This document shows, piece after piece, positions 19,962-30,711 of a stretch of 64,000 nt of DNA. Both the position numbers and the translations under genes were made by a program. The DNA lies in contig JAKLFA010000002.1 of the NCBI GenBank assembly GCA_022711395.1, positions 195,864 through 259,863 of the forward strand, read 5' to 3'. This DNA is from Candidatus Omnitrophota bacterium (GTDB lineage: Bacteria > Omnitrophota > Gorgyraeia > Zapsychrales > JANLHA01). Under the pieces are notes generated by a model. That model had not been told where the DNA came from. It saw nothing but the letters and a program-made list of their open reading frames with translations, and did not search any database. The stretch's first letter is position 1. The number at the start of each line of letters is the position of its first letter.

Positions 19962-21177
19962 AGATGGTTTTAACGGTTTTTAAGGCGCTGACTAGCTGAT
20001 CGATCTCGTCGTAGGTATTGTAAAAGGCCAGGGACGCTCGCGATGTCGCGGGGATCTGGAAATGCGCCATGACCGGCTGAGTGCAGTGATGGCCGGTGCG
20101 GATGGCGATCCCTTCTTTGTTGACGATCGTCCCAATGTCGTGCGGATGGATCCCAGGCAGTGTGAATGAAAGGATCGCTGCCTTCTGGGAAGCGGTCCCG
20201 ATCAGGGACAGGCCGTCGATCGTCAGAAGTTTTTCTGTCCCATATTCAAGAAGGTCCTGTTCGTATTTTGAAATGGCCTCAAAACCGATTTCTTTCACAT
20301 AATCCAGGGCTGCCCCCAGGCCGATGACTCCGGCGATGTGCGGTGTTCCAGCCTCGAATTTGTAGGGCAATGTGTTAAAGGTCGTTTTTTTGAAGGTGAC
20401 CGATGCGATCATGTCCCCCCCTCCCTGATAGGGCGGCATGGCCTCAAGAAGCTCTTTTTTGCCATAGAGAACACCGACACCGGTCGGGCCGAACAGTTTA
20501 TGCCCCGAAAAGACCAGGAAATCACAATTGAGGTCATGCACATCCACCGCAAAGTGATTGACGGCCTGGGCCGCATCCAAAAGGACCGGGACCTCATATT
20601 TGTGTGCTTCCTTGATCAGCTTTTTGACCGGGTTGATGGTGCCTAATGAATTGGAGATGTAGACCAGCGAAACAAACCGGGTTTTTTCATTCAGGAGTTT
20701 TTGGAATTCGCTAAAGATGATCTCTCCCCTGTCATTCATCGGGGCGACCTTAAGGACGCATCCTTTTCGTTCACATAACAATTGCCATGGAACGATATTG
20801 GAATGATGCTCCATTTCTGAAATGATGATTTCATCGCCAGCTTTAAGGAACGCTTCTCCGTAGGCGGATGCCACGAGATTGATCGCTTCGGTGGCTCCTT
20901 TCGTGAAAATGACCTGTTCCGACCGATGGGCGTTGAGGAAAGCCCGGGCCTTTTCACGAACAGCCTCATAACGGTCCGTGGCCTCTTCGCTCAAGGTGTG
21001 CACCCCTCGATGGATGTTGGACGTGAAGTTTTGATAGTAATCCATTTCAGCCGAAATGACCGTTTGCGGTTTAAGGGTGGTCGCGGCATTGTCCAAATAG
21101 ACCAACGGCCGGCCGTTAACCCTGCGCGAAAGAACAGGAAAGTCGCTACGGATGCTCTTTGGGTCAAAGGTATTCAT
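19954..21177 (-). CDS. sufS: cysteine desulfurase
   Basis: 407 aa; SGHKLFGPTGVGVLYGK PLP-Lys motif and RTGHHCTQP active-site Cys loop. Confidence 0.9.
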   Translation of the reverse strand: MNTFDPKSIRSDFPVLSRRVNGRPLVYLDNAATTLKPQTVISAEMDYYQNFTSNIHRGVHTLSEEATDRYEAVREKARAFLNAHRSEQVIFTKGATEAINLVASAYGEAFLKAGDEIIISEMEHHSNIVPWQLLCERKGCVLKVAPMNDRGEIIFSEFQKLLNEKTRFVSLVYISNSLGTINPVKKLIKEAHKYEVPVLLDAAQAVNHFAVDVHDLNCDFLVFSGHKLFGPTGVGVLYGKKELLEAMPPYQGGGDMIASVTFKKTTFNTLPYKFEAGTPHIAGVIGLGAALDYVKEIGFEAISKYEQDLLEYGTEKLLTIDGLSLIGTASQKAAILSFTLPGIHPHDIGTIVNKEGIAIRTGHHCTQPVMAHFQIPATSRASLAFYNTYDEIDQLVSALKTVKTIFA

Positions 21178-21180
21178 GGA

Positions 21181-22488
21181 TCAGCTCATATCCTCAAGTT
21201 TGGGTTGTAAGATTTTCATCAAATGCGTGCGTGCGTCTGGATGCCTCTGCGCCAGGATCAGGTCAAGGGCGAAGCCTTCCGCGAGCATGCGCACGGCGGA
21301 GCGTTTCGAAACGCCCCTTGAGCGTAAATAAAAAATATGGTCATCACTGAGCTGGCCCACGGTAGCGCCATGCGAGCACTTGACATCATCGGCCTCGATC
21401 TCGAGCTCCGGTTTGGTATGGACTTTGGCATCTTTTCCGAGGAGAAGATTTTTGTTCAGTTGATATGATTCCGTGCCCTGCGCCTGGGGGCTGACCCGGA
21501 TCTTGCCGTTAAAGACGGCGTTTGAGCTGTCCATCAGGATCCCCTTATACTCCTGCCGGCTGCGGCACTGCTCGACCGGATGCTGGATGATAGTATGGTT
21601 ATCGACCAGTTGATCCTTGTTCACGCAATAGAGTCCGTTGAGCAGGGATTCGGCGCGTGGTTCACGCAGCTGAACACACAAGTTATTGCGGGTCAACAGC
21701 CCTCCTGTAGAGAGGCAAAAGCTTTGGAAATGCGAATCATGATGAAGAACGGCGTTGATGCTGCTGAAATGAAAGGCGCCTGCGGGTTCGTTTTGAGCGT
21801 GGATAACATCAAGCGACGATTCATGCTCCAGAACGATCTCGGTCAGTGGGGCGTTCAAATAAACCGCGGATGGCTCTGTCGAAACACAGGTCTGCATGAT
21901 CTGGGCGCTTGAGTGCTGCTTGAGATGGATCAGGACGCGCGGAACGAGAAGGCGGTTTGGAATTCTTCCTGTTGAATAATGAACAATGTGGATCAAGGGC
22001 TTGATATGGGTATGTTCATTGACCTGCAAAAAAACACCGCTGTAGAAAAAGGCTTTGGCCAGGCTTGAAAAAAAAGTCTCTTGCATGCCATCAAACTTCA
22101 TCAGTGCCGAGGACATATCTTTTTGGTAGGTTTGCGCGCCTTGTCCCCATGAAATGATCTGAAGAGCGTCAAAGGCGACTTCCGGGAGGCGCTCGATCTC
22201 AACCAATTGGCCATCGCAGAAAATAATATTGATATCTGAAGGCTGGACCAGAGGGGTTTTGGCCCTATAGGGCGCCGTGCAAGATTCTGCGGGAGAAAGC
22301 CTAAAGGAGTTTTTAAGCACTTTATCAAGTGGGGTGAAACGCCAGTCCTCCTGTTTCGGGGATGGAATGGGTATTAAGGAAAATGAATGTCGAGCCTTGG
22401 CCCTCAAATCTTCGACCCAACTGGGAAATCCGGGAAGTGTTTCGCTTAAGTCCAGGAAGTTTTGGCTATGTGTGAGTGTGGAGTCCAT
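21181..22488 (-). CDS. sufD: Fe-S cluster assembly protein SufD
   Basis: 435 aa between sufC and sufS; C-terminal GATVGQLSDDHIFYLRSRG block shared with SufB/D. Confidence 0.8.
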   Translation of the reverse strand: MDSTLTHSQNFLDLSETLPGFPSWVEDLRAKARHSFSLIPIPSPKQEDWRFTPLDKVLKNSFRLSPAESCTAPYRAKTPLVQPSDINIIFCDGQLVEIERLPEVAFDALQIISWGQGAQTYQKDMSSALMKFDGMQETFFSSLAKAFFYSGVFLQVNEHTHIKPLIHIVHYSTGRIPNRLLVPRVLIHLKQHSSAQIMQTCVSTEPSAVYLNAPLTEIVLEHESSLDVIHAQNEPAGAFHFSSINAVLHHDSHFQSFCLSTGGLLTRNNLCVQLREPRAESLLNGLYCVNKDQLVDNHTIIQHPVEQCRSRQEYKGILMDSSNAVFNGKIRVSPQAQGTESYQLNKNLLLGKDAKVHTKPELEIEADDVKCSHGATVGQLSDDHIFYLRSRGVSKRSAVRMLAEGFALDLILAQRHPDARTHLMKILQPKLEDMS

Positions 22489-23237
22489 TATTTCAGCCAG
22501 TCGTAGCCTTTGTTTTCGACCGCCAAAGCCAGGTCCTTGTTCCCTGAGGAGACGATCTTTCCGTCCTGAAGGATGTGGACAAAATCAGGGACGATATAAT
22601 TCAGCAGACGCTGATAATGCGTGATCACCACAAAGGCATTGTTTTTCGTCCGCAGGGTATTGACGCCATTGGCGACGATCTTCATGGAATCCACATCCAG
22701 GCCTGAATCGGTTTCATCCAGGACGGCAAGCCTCGGATTGAGGATCGCCATCTGTAGGATCTCATTTCGTTTTTTTTCGCCGCCAGAAAAGTCGACGTTC
22801 ACGGCGCGGTTGATGAATTTATCATCCATGTCCAGAAGCTTCATTTTTTCATGCAGGTAGACATCAAAATCCAACGGGTCCATTTCATCGGCGCCCTGAT
22901 GTTTGCAAGCCTCATTATACGCGGCCCTCAGAAACATTGATGTGTTAACGCCGGGAATTTCCACAGGATACTGGAATGCCAGAAAGATCCCCTCCCGCGA
23001 GCGGGTCTCCGGCTCCATCTCGAGGATGTTGGTCATTTTGCCGTTGATGAGAAAGAGGATCTCCCCTTCGGTGACCTCATAATCAGGATGGCCCACGATG
23101 ATCTTGGAAAGGGTGCTCTTTCCTGAACCGTTGGGACCCATGATGGCATGGACCTCCCCGGGGTTGACCTTGAGGTTGATGCCTTTAAGGATCTTATGGC
23201 CATCAACCGTTGCGTGTAAATTCCGGATCTCAAACAT
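22488..23237 (-). CDS. sufC: Fe-S cluster assembly ATPase SufC
   Basis: 249 aa; GPNGSGKST Walker A, LSGGEKKR signature, LDETDSGLD Walker B. Confidence 0.9.
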   Translation of the reverse strand: MFEIRNLHATVDGHKILKGINLKVNPGEVHAIMGPNGSGKSTLSKIIVGHPDYEVTEGEILFLINGKMTNILEMEPETRSREGIFLAFQYPVEIPGVNTSMFLRAAYNEACKHQGADEMDPLDFDVYLHEKMKLLDMDDKFINRAVNVDFSGGEKKRNEILQMAILNPRLAVLDETDSGLDVDSMKIVANGVNTLRTKNNAFVVITHYQRLLNYIVPDFVHILQDGKIVSSGNKDLALAVENKGYDWLK

Positions 23238-23258
23238 AGTTCTTCCTTCGTATTGATT

Positions 23259-24725
23259 CTATCCTACACTATTTTCCAGTTTCATCTCCAAAAGGCGCAC
23301 GGCTTCGACCGCGAATTCCATGGGAAGCTTGGTAAAGACTTCCTTGCAGAACCCATTGATGATCAACGACACGGCGTGTTCCAGGTCCAGACCGCGGGAT
23401 TGCAGGTAGAAGATCTGCTCCTCACTGATCTTAGAGGTTGAGGCCTCATGCTCCGTGATGGCCGTATTGTTGCGCACGTCGATATAGGGATAGGTGTTGG
23501 CCTTGCAGCGGTTTCCCACCAGCATGGAATCGCATTGCGAAAAATTGCGTGCGTTTTCCGCCGACGGCAATATTTTTACGAGCCCGCGGTAATTATTGTT
23601 GGCCTCATCCGTTGAAATGCCTTTTGAAACGATGCGGCTGCGGGTGTTCTTTCCGATATGGATCATTTTCGTTCCCGTGTCGGCCTGCATGCGGTGATTG
23701 GTCAGGGCCACGGAATAAAATTCACCGATCGAATCATCTCCCATCAGAACCGTGCTGGGATATTTCCAGGTGATGGCGGAGCCGGCTTCCACCTGCGTCC
23801 AGGAGATCTTCGAATGCGCTCCTTTGCACAGCCCGCGTTTGGTCACAAAGTTATAGATCCCTCCGCGGCCGTCTTTGTCTCCGGCATACCAGTTTTGGAC
23901 CGTGGAATACTTGATCTCGGCCCTGTCGAGGGCGATCAATTCAACGACGGCGGCGTGGAGCTGGTTTTCATCGCGCATGGGCGCGGTGCAGCCTTCCAGA
24001 TAGGAGACATAACTGTCTTCTTCCGCGATGATCAAGGTCCGCTCGAACTGCCCTGTTTGGGCGGCATTGATGCGGAAATAGGTGGACAGGTCCATCGGGC
24101 AGCGCACGCCTTTTGGAATATAGCAAAATGAGCCATCCGTGAACACCGCTGAATTTAGCGCCGCGAAATAATTATCTTTAACAGGAACGACCGAACCCAG
24201 GTATGCCTTGACCAGCTCGGGATGCCTCTGGATCGCTTCAGAGATCGAACAAAAGATGATCCCCTGATCTTCGAGGATCTTTTGATGGGTGGTCCCGATC
24301 GAAACGCTGTCAAAGACCGCGTCCACGGCCACTCCGACCAGGCGTTTTTGCTCGCTTAAAGGGACTCCCAGGCGCTCGAATGTTTCAAGGATCTCGGAAT
24401 CCACTTCATCTAAAGATTTCGGTTTTTCCTTCGGCGCGTTAAAGTATGAAATTCCCTGATAGTCGATCGGAGGATGAACGATATTCGCCCACTTGGGCTC
24501 CTGGAGCGTCAGCCAGTGACGGTAGGCTGAAAGCCGCCATTCCGTCATCCAGTCAGGCTCGTTCTTTTTTTTCGAGATCATGCGGATGGTGTCTTCGTTC
24601 AGGCCTTTCGGAATGCTCTCGGACTCGATATCAGTGTAGAAGCCAAAACGGTAGTCCCGGGAGGAAAGTGCGTTTTCCTCCATTGTTTTAGCGTTCAGCA
24701 ATTTTTTTTCGTTCACCTGGGCCAT
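23259..24725 (-). CDS. sufB: Fe-S cluster assembly protein SufB
   Basis: 488 aa; SufB-type N-terminus ([19 protein letters not shown]) and C-terminal [21 protein letters not shown]. Confidence 0.9.
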   Translation of the reverse strand: MAQVNEKKLLNAKTMEENALSSRDYRFGFYTDIESESIPKGLNEDTIRMISKKKNEPDWMTEWRLSAYRHWLTLQEPKWANIVHPPIDYQGISYFNAPKEKPKSLDEVDSEILETFERLGVPLSEQKRLVGVAVDAVFDSVSIGTTHQKILEDQGIIFCSISEAIQRHPELVKAYLGSVVPVKDNYFAALNSAVFTDGSFCYIPKGVRCPMDLSTYFRINAAQTGQFERTLIIAEEDSYVSYLEGCTAPMRDENQLHAAVVELIALDRAEIKYSTVQNWYAGDKDGRGGIYNFVTKRGLCKGAHSKISWTQVEAGSAITWKYPSTVLMGDDSIGEFYSVALTNHRMQADTGTKMIHIGKNTRSRIVSKGISTDEANNNYRGLVKILPSAENARNFSQCDSMLVGNRCKANTYPYIDVRNNTAITEHEASTSKISEEQIFYLQSRGLDLEHAVSLIINGFCKEVFTKLPMEFAVEAVRLLEMKLENSVG

Positions 24726-24728
24726 GGT

Positions 24729-25199
24729 CTATCTTTCCGTGATACAGCTTAATTCTTTTTGAAGCGACGACCCGATCGATCTCGTGGGCGCTTCAGCCTT
24801 GATCAGTGACGAAATAAGGATCTGATCAAGAAATTTACTGACCCGTTCATTCAAAGCCAAGAGCGGGCTGATCATCGAGCAGTTCTCCGCAGAGGGACAG
24901 CTTAACGGCTTTCCGGTCAGGCAGTTGGTGATCTTTAACGGTCCGACCAGGATATCATTAAGGTCTTTCAGCGTCACCCTTTCAAGGTTTTTGATGATCT
25001 GATAGCCTCCATGCGCTCCCTGCTCGGCGTGAAGGATCCCGTGCTGGGTCATGATCTGCAGCGTCCGCGCCGTTGGATCAAAGGGAACTTTGTAGGCATC
25101 ACAGATCTCCTTGGCGGATGTCAGCTGGCCGGGTTTTTTCCCGGACATGTGCTTCAGCGCGATCAAGGCGTAACCGATCTTTTTATTGATCTTGAACAT
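24729..25199 (-). CDS. Rrf2-family transcriptional regulator (IscR/SufR-like)
   Basis: 156 aa; N-terminal wHTH KIGYALIALKHM... and Cys residues (CLTGKPLSCPSAENC) as in cluster-binding Rrf2 regulators; immediately upstream of sufB. Confidence 0.75.
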   Translation of the reverse strand: MFKINKKIGYALIALKHMSGKKPGQLTSAKEICDAYKVPFDPTARTLQIMTQHGILHAEQGAHGGYQIIKNLERVTLKDLNDILVGPLKITNCLTGKPLSCPSAENCSMISPLLALNERVSKFLDQILISSLIKAEAPTRSIGSSLQKELSCITER

Positions 25200-25210
25200 C
25201 GTTTTCCCTC

Positions 25211-25756
25211 TTAAGCCGGAATAACTGCCACGTCCGGGTCAAATTGCTCTTTGAGTATATTTTCGATCAGCTGCAGGGTGCCGAATGTGGCGCTCGGGCA
25301 TGAACCGCAGGCGCCTTGATAATTGATCCGCAGGATCTTGTTATGGTAATCCACGATCTCCAGGTCCCCGCCATGCATATTAAGCGCCGGCCGGATCGTT
25401 TGGTCAATGATCGCTTCGATCTTGGCGATATCCGGATTGTCGGAGTGATTGACCGTTGTTTCCTGAGTTTTAAAATTTGGGTTATGGAACTCGATCTCTG
25501 ATTCCAGGATCGCTTTGATCTGCTGTTCGAGCGCGTCCCAGTCATCCTTTCCATCCTGGGAAACGGTCACAAAATTCCCGGACAAACAAACTTCCACGAC
25601 ATGATCCAGGTCCAGGATCTTGGAGGCGAGCGGGATGTCTTTGCAGTCCGAGGAGGATTTATAAACGGCTTTTCCTTCAGACTTGACCAGAGTGTCTAAA
25701 ATGAATTTCACCGAGTGCGGGTTGGGTGTGTTTTGGATAAATATTCGGGCAGGCAT
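25211..25756 (-). CDS. nfu: Nfu-type Fe-S cluster carrier (Nfu_N plus NifU C-terminal CxxC domain)
   Basis: 181 aa; C-terminal GACGSCPSATFGTLQ CxxC motif; heads the suf operon. AAAGGAGAG RBS. Confidence 0.75.
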   Translation of the reverse strand: MPARIFIQNTPNPHSVKFILDTLVKSEGKAVYKSSSDCKDIPLASKILDLDHVVEVCLSGNFVTVSQDGKDDWDALEQQIKAILESEIEFHNPNFKTQETTVNHSDNPDIAKIEAIIDQTIRPALNMHGGDLEIVDYHNKILRINYQGACGSCPSATFGTLQLIENILKEQFDPDVAVIPA

Positions 25757-25905
25757 AATGATCTCTCCTTTGAGCGTTTCTTTTTTGTCTGGTTTACCAG
25801 TGATTTCTTACAAATGCTTTTATTTTTTACTTATTTAAGGAAAACTCCATATTAAAAAGCATAACCTAAAGATGGATTTTGTCAATAAATACTTCAAAAT
25901 TTAAC

Positions 25906-26865
25906 TTATATTGATGGCGTGAGCATCCGGCATCCTCCGCGGCATTTTTTGATCTCACGGCAGGAAGAGCATCGGGTGGGGATTTGCCGGACAAAGTCGC
26001 GGGTGGTTTTGGAAAAGGGTTTAAAAAAGAAGTTTTCAGTCCGAAGATCACCGTGTCTTTGGCTGCTTTGTTCGCACAGTCGTAAGTTGCCGACCGGATC
26101 GATGATGAACTTGGAGATCCCCCCCATGCACATCGTAAGCGGTATGTGTCTGGGCAATTGGTCCAATTCGCAAGGAGCGATCGGGATCCCGATCTTGATC
26201 GGGGTTTTGAGCTTAGAAGCGAGTTCATCAAGCTTTGACACGGCTGAGTTGATCTGCTGACGGCTTGGAAGCAAGGCGGATTGGCCGTTTATCTTTCCGT
26301 CGGTTGGCACGAAACGGTAGAGAATAAATTCATGCGCCCCCAGTTCAATGGCCTTGAGCGCGGTCTGAGGGGCATGATCGATGTTCTCTGCCGTGACGGT
26401 CATGGCGGCGCGCAGGAAAAGATTGCGTTCGCGCACGGCGGTGATCGCCCGGCAGATATGGTTGAAATTTTCCGGATCGCCGCAGGCCCGGCCATGGACT
26501 TCGGAGTTTGGCCCCAGAAGGGTCAGTTCAAAACGTTTGGCCCCGGCCTGAACAAGGCTTTCCAAACGCTTTTCCGTTAAAAGAGTTCCATTCGTGGAGA
26601 TGGCGACATAGATCCGTTTTTGCGTGAAATAATGGACGATCTCCTCTAAGTCTTCCCTTACCAGGGGCTCACCTCCGGTTAAATGAATGGTCTCGGTCGG
26701 TAAGCCAAAGAGGACCTTATTGAAGAGAGATCGGATCTGTTCGAGATTCAGTTCACCTTTGGGATAATGCGGATCGTGTTTCCAGACGTTGTAGCAGAAC
26801 CGGCAGTTGAGGTTGCATCGTGCGGTGACCTCAAACGAAAAATTGAAAAGGTTATTCCATCCCAT
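25906..26865 (-). CDS. radical SAM enzyme with C-terminal SPASM/twitch-like Cys-rich domain (peptide-modifying-maturase-like)
   Basis: 319 aa; CNLNCRFC (Cx3Cx2C) at residues 17-24, GGEPL and ISTNGTLL motifs. C-terminal Cys cluster CE...C..C.....C, consistent with an auxiliary Fe-S (SPASM/twitch) domain. Confidence 0.8.
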   Translation of the reverse strand: MGWNNLFNFSFEVTARCNLNCRFCYNVWKHDPHYPKGELNLEQIRSLFNKVLFGLPTETIHLTGGEPLVREDLEEIVHYFTQKRIYVAISTNGTLLTEKRLESLVQAGAKRFELTLLGPNSEVHGRACGDPENFNHICRAITAVRERNLFLRAAMTVTAENIDHAPQTALKAIELGAHEFILYRFVPTDGKINGQSALLPSRQQINSAVSKLDELASKLKTPIKIGIPIAPCELDQLPRHIPLTMCMGGISKFIIDPVGNLRLCEQSSQRHGDLRTENFFFKPFSKTTRDFVRQIPTRCSSCREIKKCRGGCRMLTPSI

Positions 26866-27415
26866 CGGGGGAAACCTGCCGAGGTTGGTCCTGAGTTTGG
26901 TTAAGAAGTTCCGGTGGAACCACGATCATGCGCGATGTTGTGGTGTCATAGTAGTAGGGTTCGTAACGGTAGCTATAGGATCCATCGGATGGATAGACCG
27001 TGCGGATCCTGGCGCGCAGGGCCCTTCGGCTATAGGTGACAACGGCCCAAAGGCCAACATTCCATAAAACAAAAAAGAGCCAGAAAAATATGAAAGCCGC
27101 TTTTTTCAGCAATCCCTCAGGCGCGATCTCGGAAGACAGGACGATGATGGACAAGGCGATCGCGGCTAGAATGCTTCCCAGTCCCAGAAAGGGAAGCGCG
27201 GTCGCGTTAAAGTGATAGAACAACGACCCATTCGCGGTATACAGAATCGTCAATAAACCAAACAGCGTGGGAACGGCTGCGAGAAAACAAATGAGATAAA
27301 CTTTGATCGGATGGTCTTTTTTGTGGTGATGGACAAGACCTGCCAGATACATCAGGATCTTGTAGAGGCAAAGGCCATAGATCAGCAGAAGAATTCCACT
27401 GACGATAAACGTCAT
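26852..27415 (-). CDS. hypothetical 4-TM membrane protein with Tyr/Ser-rich C-terminal tail
   Basis: 187 aa with four hydrophobic helices and an HHHKKDH loop. The hydrophilic C-terminal tail is SDGSYSYRYEPYYYDTTTSRMIVVPPELL. Its stop overlaps the rSAM start by 14 nt. Confidence 0.5.
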   Translation of the reverse strand: MTFIVSGILLLIYGLCLYKILMYLAGLVHHHKKDHPIKVYLICFLAAVPTLFGLLTILYTANGSLFYHFNATALPFLGLGSILAAIALSIIVLSSEIAPEGLLKKAAFIFFWLFFVLWNVGLWAVVTYSRRALRARIRTVYPSDGSYSYRYEPYYYDTTTSRMIVVPPELLNQTQDQPRQVSPDGME

Positions 27416-27465
27416 AGCATATCCTTTTTAAGTTCAACTTAGTATACGGAATGTGACGCCGGAAG

Positions 27466-28674
27466 TCAATTGACAGGTTCAAGAATGAACGACCGGCAAA
27501 CAAATTCCGCGAAAGGGAACGCGCATGTAAACGCCGGGGAAACGGCGTTCAGGACATGGATGGACCTTTTATCCCCTTCTATCACAAAATCCTGCACCAG
27601 TTCACGGGTCTTCAGGTTCAAAAGCTGCGCGCGGATACCCGGCCGGGTGTATTCCGTAAATCCTGCCGGATCGATCGATCCAACCATTTTTTGCGCCAGT
27701 CCGATGAAATAGGACTTGGAATATTTGCGCATTTCCTCAAAGGCCAGATCGCGGAAATGAAAGGAATTCATCAGAAAAAGCCTCGCCTCCTGCGAAAGGA
27801 TGGTCATGAATTCTGAAAAGCGGAAATGGTCCAGGTCGGAGGTGTAGTTCTCTCTCCAGAAGGCCGGGATCGCGGTGGGCCCGATCTTGATATGGCCGTC
27901 CACGGTCTTTGTGAAATGCACTCCAAGGAACGGATTTCGGAGATTGGGAACTGGATAGATGTTGGTGGAAATGTCGGTTGTGTTTTTGGTATATTTCAGG
28001 TATAGCCCTTTAAACGGGATGATCGTGTAATTTTTGCCGAAGCCGAAATCCCGGGCGACCTTATCCGCGTAGAGCCCGGCGCAGTTGATGATGCGCCCAG
28101 CTTTGAGCTCCCCTTGTGTCGTTGAGACCCCGTCAGGGATGTTTTTAAGATAACAGCAGTTGAATTTAAACTCAACGCCGGCTTTGATAAGGTCCTTTTT
28201 TAACGCCAGGCACACATCCAGTGGATCGACCGTGGCCGTGTCGGGTGAAAACAGGGCTTCCTTGAACGTCCGGACGTTCGGCTCAAGGCGCCTGGCTTGC
28301 TCTTCGGAGATCAAGGCGACATTCGAGCCGTTGCGCTGACCCCGGGCATGAAGTTCATGAAGAGCGGCAAGCTCATTTTGGTCCTGAGCAACGACGAGCT
28401 TTCCGCAGGCGTTGACCGCGATGCCTTTGGCCTGGCAATATTCCCTGAGGGCACGGTTGCCGCTGACCGTAAAGCGCGCTTTCAAACTGTCAGCGGTGTA
28501 GTAAAAACCGGCGTGCAGAACTCCGCTGTTGCGGCCGGACGAATGCTGGGCCGCTTCAGGTTCCTTTTCGATGATCAGAATGCTGGATCCGGGCTGATGA
28601 ACGCGGATGGCCCGGGCGATGGAGAGTCCCACGATGCCTGAGCCGATGATAAGATGATCGTATGACGGGCGCAT
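27466..28674 (-). CDS. lhgO: L-2-hydroxyglutarate oxidase/dehydrogenase family FAD-dependent oxidoreductase
   Basis: About 402 aa from ATG at 28674; the TTG at 28707 in the track is a less likely start. DHLIIGSGIVGLSIA dinucleotide fold and SGRNSGVLHAGFYYTADSLKARF closely parallel E. coli LhgO. Start lies 2 nt after the tautomerase stop. Confidence 0.8.
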   Translation of the reverse strand: MRPSYDHLIIGSGIVGLSIARAIRVHQPGSSILIIEKEPEAAQHSSGRNSGVLHAGFYYTADSLKARFTVSGNRALREYCQAKGIAVNACGKLVVAQDQNELAALHELHARGQRNGSNVALISEEQARRLEPNVRTFKEALFSPDTATVDPLDVCLALKKDLIKAGVEFKFNCCYLKNIPDGVSTTQGELKAGRIINCAGLYADKVARDFGFGKNYTIIPFKGLYLKYTKNTTDISTNIYPVPNLRNPFLGVHFTKTVDGHIKIGPTAIPAFWRENYTSDLDHFRFSEFMTILSQEARLFLMNSFHFRDLAFEEMRKYSKSYFIGLAQKMVGSIDPAGFTEYTRPGIRAQLLNLKTRELVQDFVIEGDKRSIHVLNAVSPAFTCAFPFAEFVCRSFILEPVN

Positions 28675-28676
28675 GC

Positions 28677-28856
28677 TTACCCTAAAAGATGGTCTCCGAC
28701 TCCCCAATTTTCACCGGCGATTTCATCAATGACCACGTAGGTGTGGTCCTTGGGTTTGTTGGCCACGCGTTCTAAAGTCGCGGTGAATTCTTTGACGATC
28801 TGTTCTTTTTGCGCGCGGGAGATTTTCCCGACCAGTTTCAGGTTGACGTAAGGCAT
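28677..28856 (-). CDS. 4-oxalocrotonate tautomerase family protein
   Basis: 59-aa ORF not in the supplied track: MPYVNLKLVGKISRAQKEQIVKEFTATLERVANKPKDHTYVVIDEIAGENWGVGDHLLG. It has the Pro-1 after Met and the typical 4-OT length. Confidence 0.7.
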   Translation of the reverse strand: MPYVNLKLVGKISRAQKEQIVKEFTATLERVANKPKDHTYVVIDEIAGENWGVGDHLLG

Positions 28857-28871
28857 AAAGAGCTTCCTCCT

Positions 28872-29480
28872 TTAAGATTCCAGCAAGAAGATCCCCAATA
28901 TCGCGAAAAGATTGGGAAATATGGAGACCCGCTTTGTGTTCCCGATTCCGATGAAATTTTTGATCCGGATGTTCTTTTTTTTGCAGAACGAACGGAAATC
29001 CTTCAAGCTGAAAAATCGCACGTTGGGCGTGTTGTACCATTCATAGGGAAGGCATTTGGTCTTGGGGACGCTGCCGCCGAAAAAGATCTGGAACCGCGCC
29101 GGTAAGAAGCAGAAATTCGGAACGCCGACAATGATCTGCTTGCCGATCCGCAGAGCTTCGGTAATGACCCTTTCGGCATTGACGACCTGCTGAAGGCTTT
29201 CGTTTAAAATGACATAATCAAAACGCTTGTCAGGGTAATGCGCAAGCTCTTCATTGATATCCGCGTGCGAAACGGTGATCCCCTTTTCGATGCATTGATA
29301 GATCGAGTGTTCATCGATCTCGATGCCGGAGGCGTGGCAGTTCTTTTTCTGTATCAGATGGTAGAGTAGTTCCCCGTCGCCGCATCCCAAGTCGAGCACC
29401 TTGGAGCGAGGCTCGATCAGATCGAAGATCGCCTGGGAGTCCGAAGCGAGTTTTTTAAGTTCAAAGTTCTGGTCGTTCAT
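28872..29480 (-). CDS. metW: methionine biosynthesis protein MetW
   Basis: 202 aa; KVLDLGCGDGELL SAM-fold motif and overall MetW pattern; immediately downstream of metX. Confidence 0.8.
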   Translation of the reverse strand: MNDQNFELKKLASDSQAIFDLIEPRSKVLDLGCGDGELLYHLIQKKNCHASGIEIDEHSIYQCIEKGITVSHADINEELAHYPDKRFDYVILNESLQQVVNAERVITEALRIGKQIIVGVPNFCFLPARFQIFFGGSVPKTKCLPYEWYNTPNVRFFSLKDFRSFCKKKNIRIKNFIGIGNTKRVSIFPNLFAILGIFLLES

Positions 29481-29481
29481 A

Positions 29482-30618
29482 TTATGAAACGCCTTTTGAG
29501 ATCCGTTTTAAAAAATGGCCGATGGCGTGCTCCTGCCGCTCTGTTTCGATCAAAAAGGCGTCATGGCCATAATCCGATTCGATAATGACGTTGGAAACAT
29601 CATGGTCATTGGCCTTTAAGGCCTTCACGAATGTTTTGAGCTGATGCGATGGATACAGCCAGTCCGATGTGAAGGAAATGACCAGGAATTTGGCTGACAC
29701 ATGTTCCAGCGCCTTGGCAAGGCTGCCGGCGTCCTCTTCCAGATCAAAATAGTCCACGGCCTTTGTTATATAGAGGTAGGAGTTGGCGTCAAAGCGTTCC
29801 ACGAAGCTGTCCCCTCTGTAACGCAAATAATTCTGCACCTCGAAATCCATGGAGAAGTCATAACCGACCTTTTCTTTCCCAATAAGCTTGCGGCCGAATT
29901 TTTCATCCATGGATTTTTCGCTCATGTAGGTGATGTGGCCGATCATGCGCGCTAATGCCAGCCCCTGTTTCGGGACTTTTTTGCCGTAATAATTCCCCTG
30001 CTGCCAATCAGGATCGGACATGATCGCTTGGCGTCCGACCTCATGGAGCGCGATCTGCTGGGCGTTATGGCGGTAATTGGTGGCGATCACCACTGCGGAT
30101 TGAACCATGTCCGGATATTCCACGCACCATTTCATGGCCTGCAGCCCGCCCATGGACCCGCCGGCTATGGAAAGCAGCCTTGTGATCTGAAGGTGGTCCA
30201 AAAGATGTTTCTGCACATGGACCATGTCATCGATCGTCACCACCGGAAAGCTTAAGCCGTAGGGTTCCCCTGTTTTGGGATTGATCGAAGACGGCCCGGT
30301 CGTGCCGCGGCAGCCGCCTAAGACATTGGAACAGATAACAAAATATTTGTTGGTATCGAAGGCCTTTCCCGGGCCGATCATGATATCCCACCAGCCGGGC
30401 TTTTTGTCCCCATCATGCCTTCCGGCGGCATGGGCGTCCCCGCTTAAGGCGTGACAAATAAGAATGGCATTGGATCGGTCTGGATTGAGCTGGCCGTAGG
30501 TTTCGTAGGCCACCGTGATGGGGCCCAACTTTTCACCGCTTTTAAGAACAAGTTCATGAGGCGGTTCACAGCAGGTGAAATATTGCGTGACGACGTTGCC
30601 GAGACCTTCCGTGCTCAT
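29482..30618 (-). CDS. metX: homoserine O-acetyltransferase
   Basis: Alpha/beta hydrolase with [23 protein letters not shown] and GGSMGG (nucleophile Ser) motifs. Start taken at MSTEGLG (30618) with an AAGGA RBS. Confidence 0.85.
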   Translation of the reverse strand: MSTEGLGNVVTQYFTCCEPPHELVLKSGEKLGPITVAYETYGQLNPDRSNAILICHALSGDAHAAGRHDGDKKPGWWDIMIGPGKAFDTNKYFVICSNVLGGCRGTTGPSSINPKTGEPYGLSFPVVTIDDMVHVQKHLLDHLQITRLLSIAGGSMGGLQAMKWCVEYPDMVQSAVVIATNYRHNAQQIALHEVGRQAIMSDPDWQQGNYYGKKVPKQGLALARMIGHITYMSEKSMDEKFGRKLIGKEKVGYDFSMDFEVQNYLRYRGDSFVERFDANSYLYITKAVDYFDLEEDAGSLAKALEHVSAKFLVISFTSDWLYPSHQLKTFVKALKANDHDVSNVIIESDYGHDAFLIETERQEHAIGHFLKRISKGVS

Positions 30619-30711
30619 TTCCGGAAATCCTTTATTTTGATGAAACTTGAGAAAAATATTAACATAAACCCAGATGTCTTGCAAGAAACCTTATGGAAAG
30701 TCTCGACCTGT

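Noticed and set aside
25757-25905. 10-11-aa mini-ORFs between the rSAM and nfu as candidate precursor peptide
   Set aside because: Too short, no RBS, and the region is better explained as the nfu-suf promoter; not supported.
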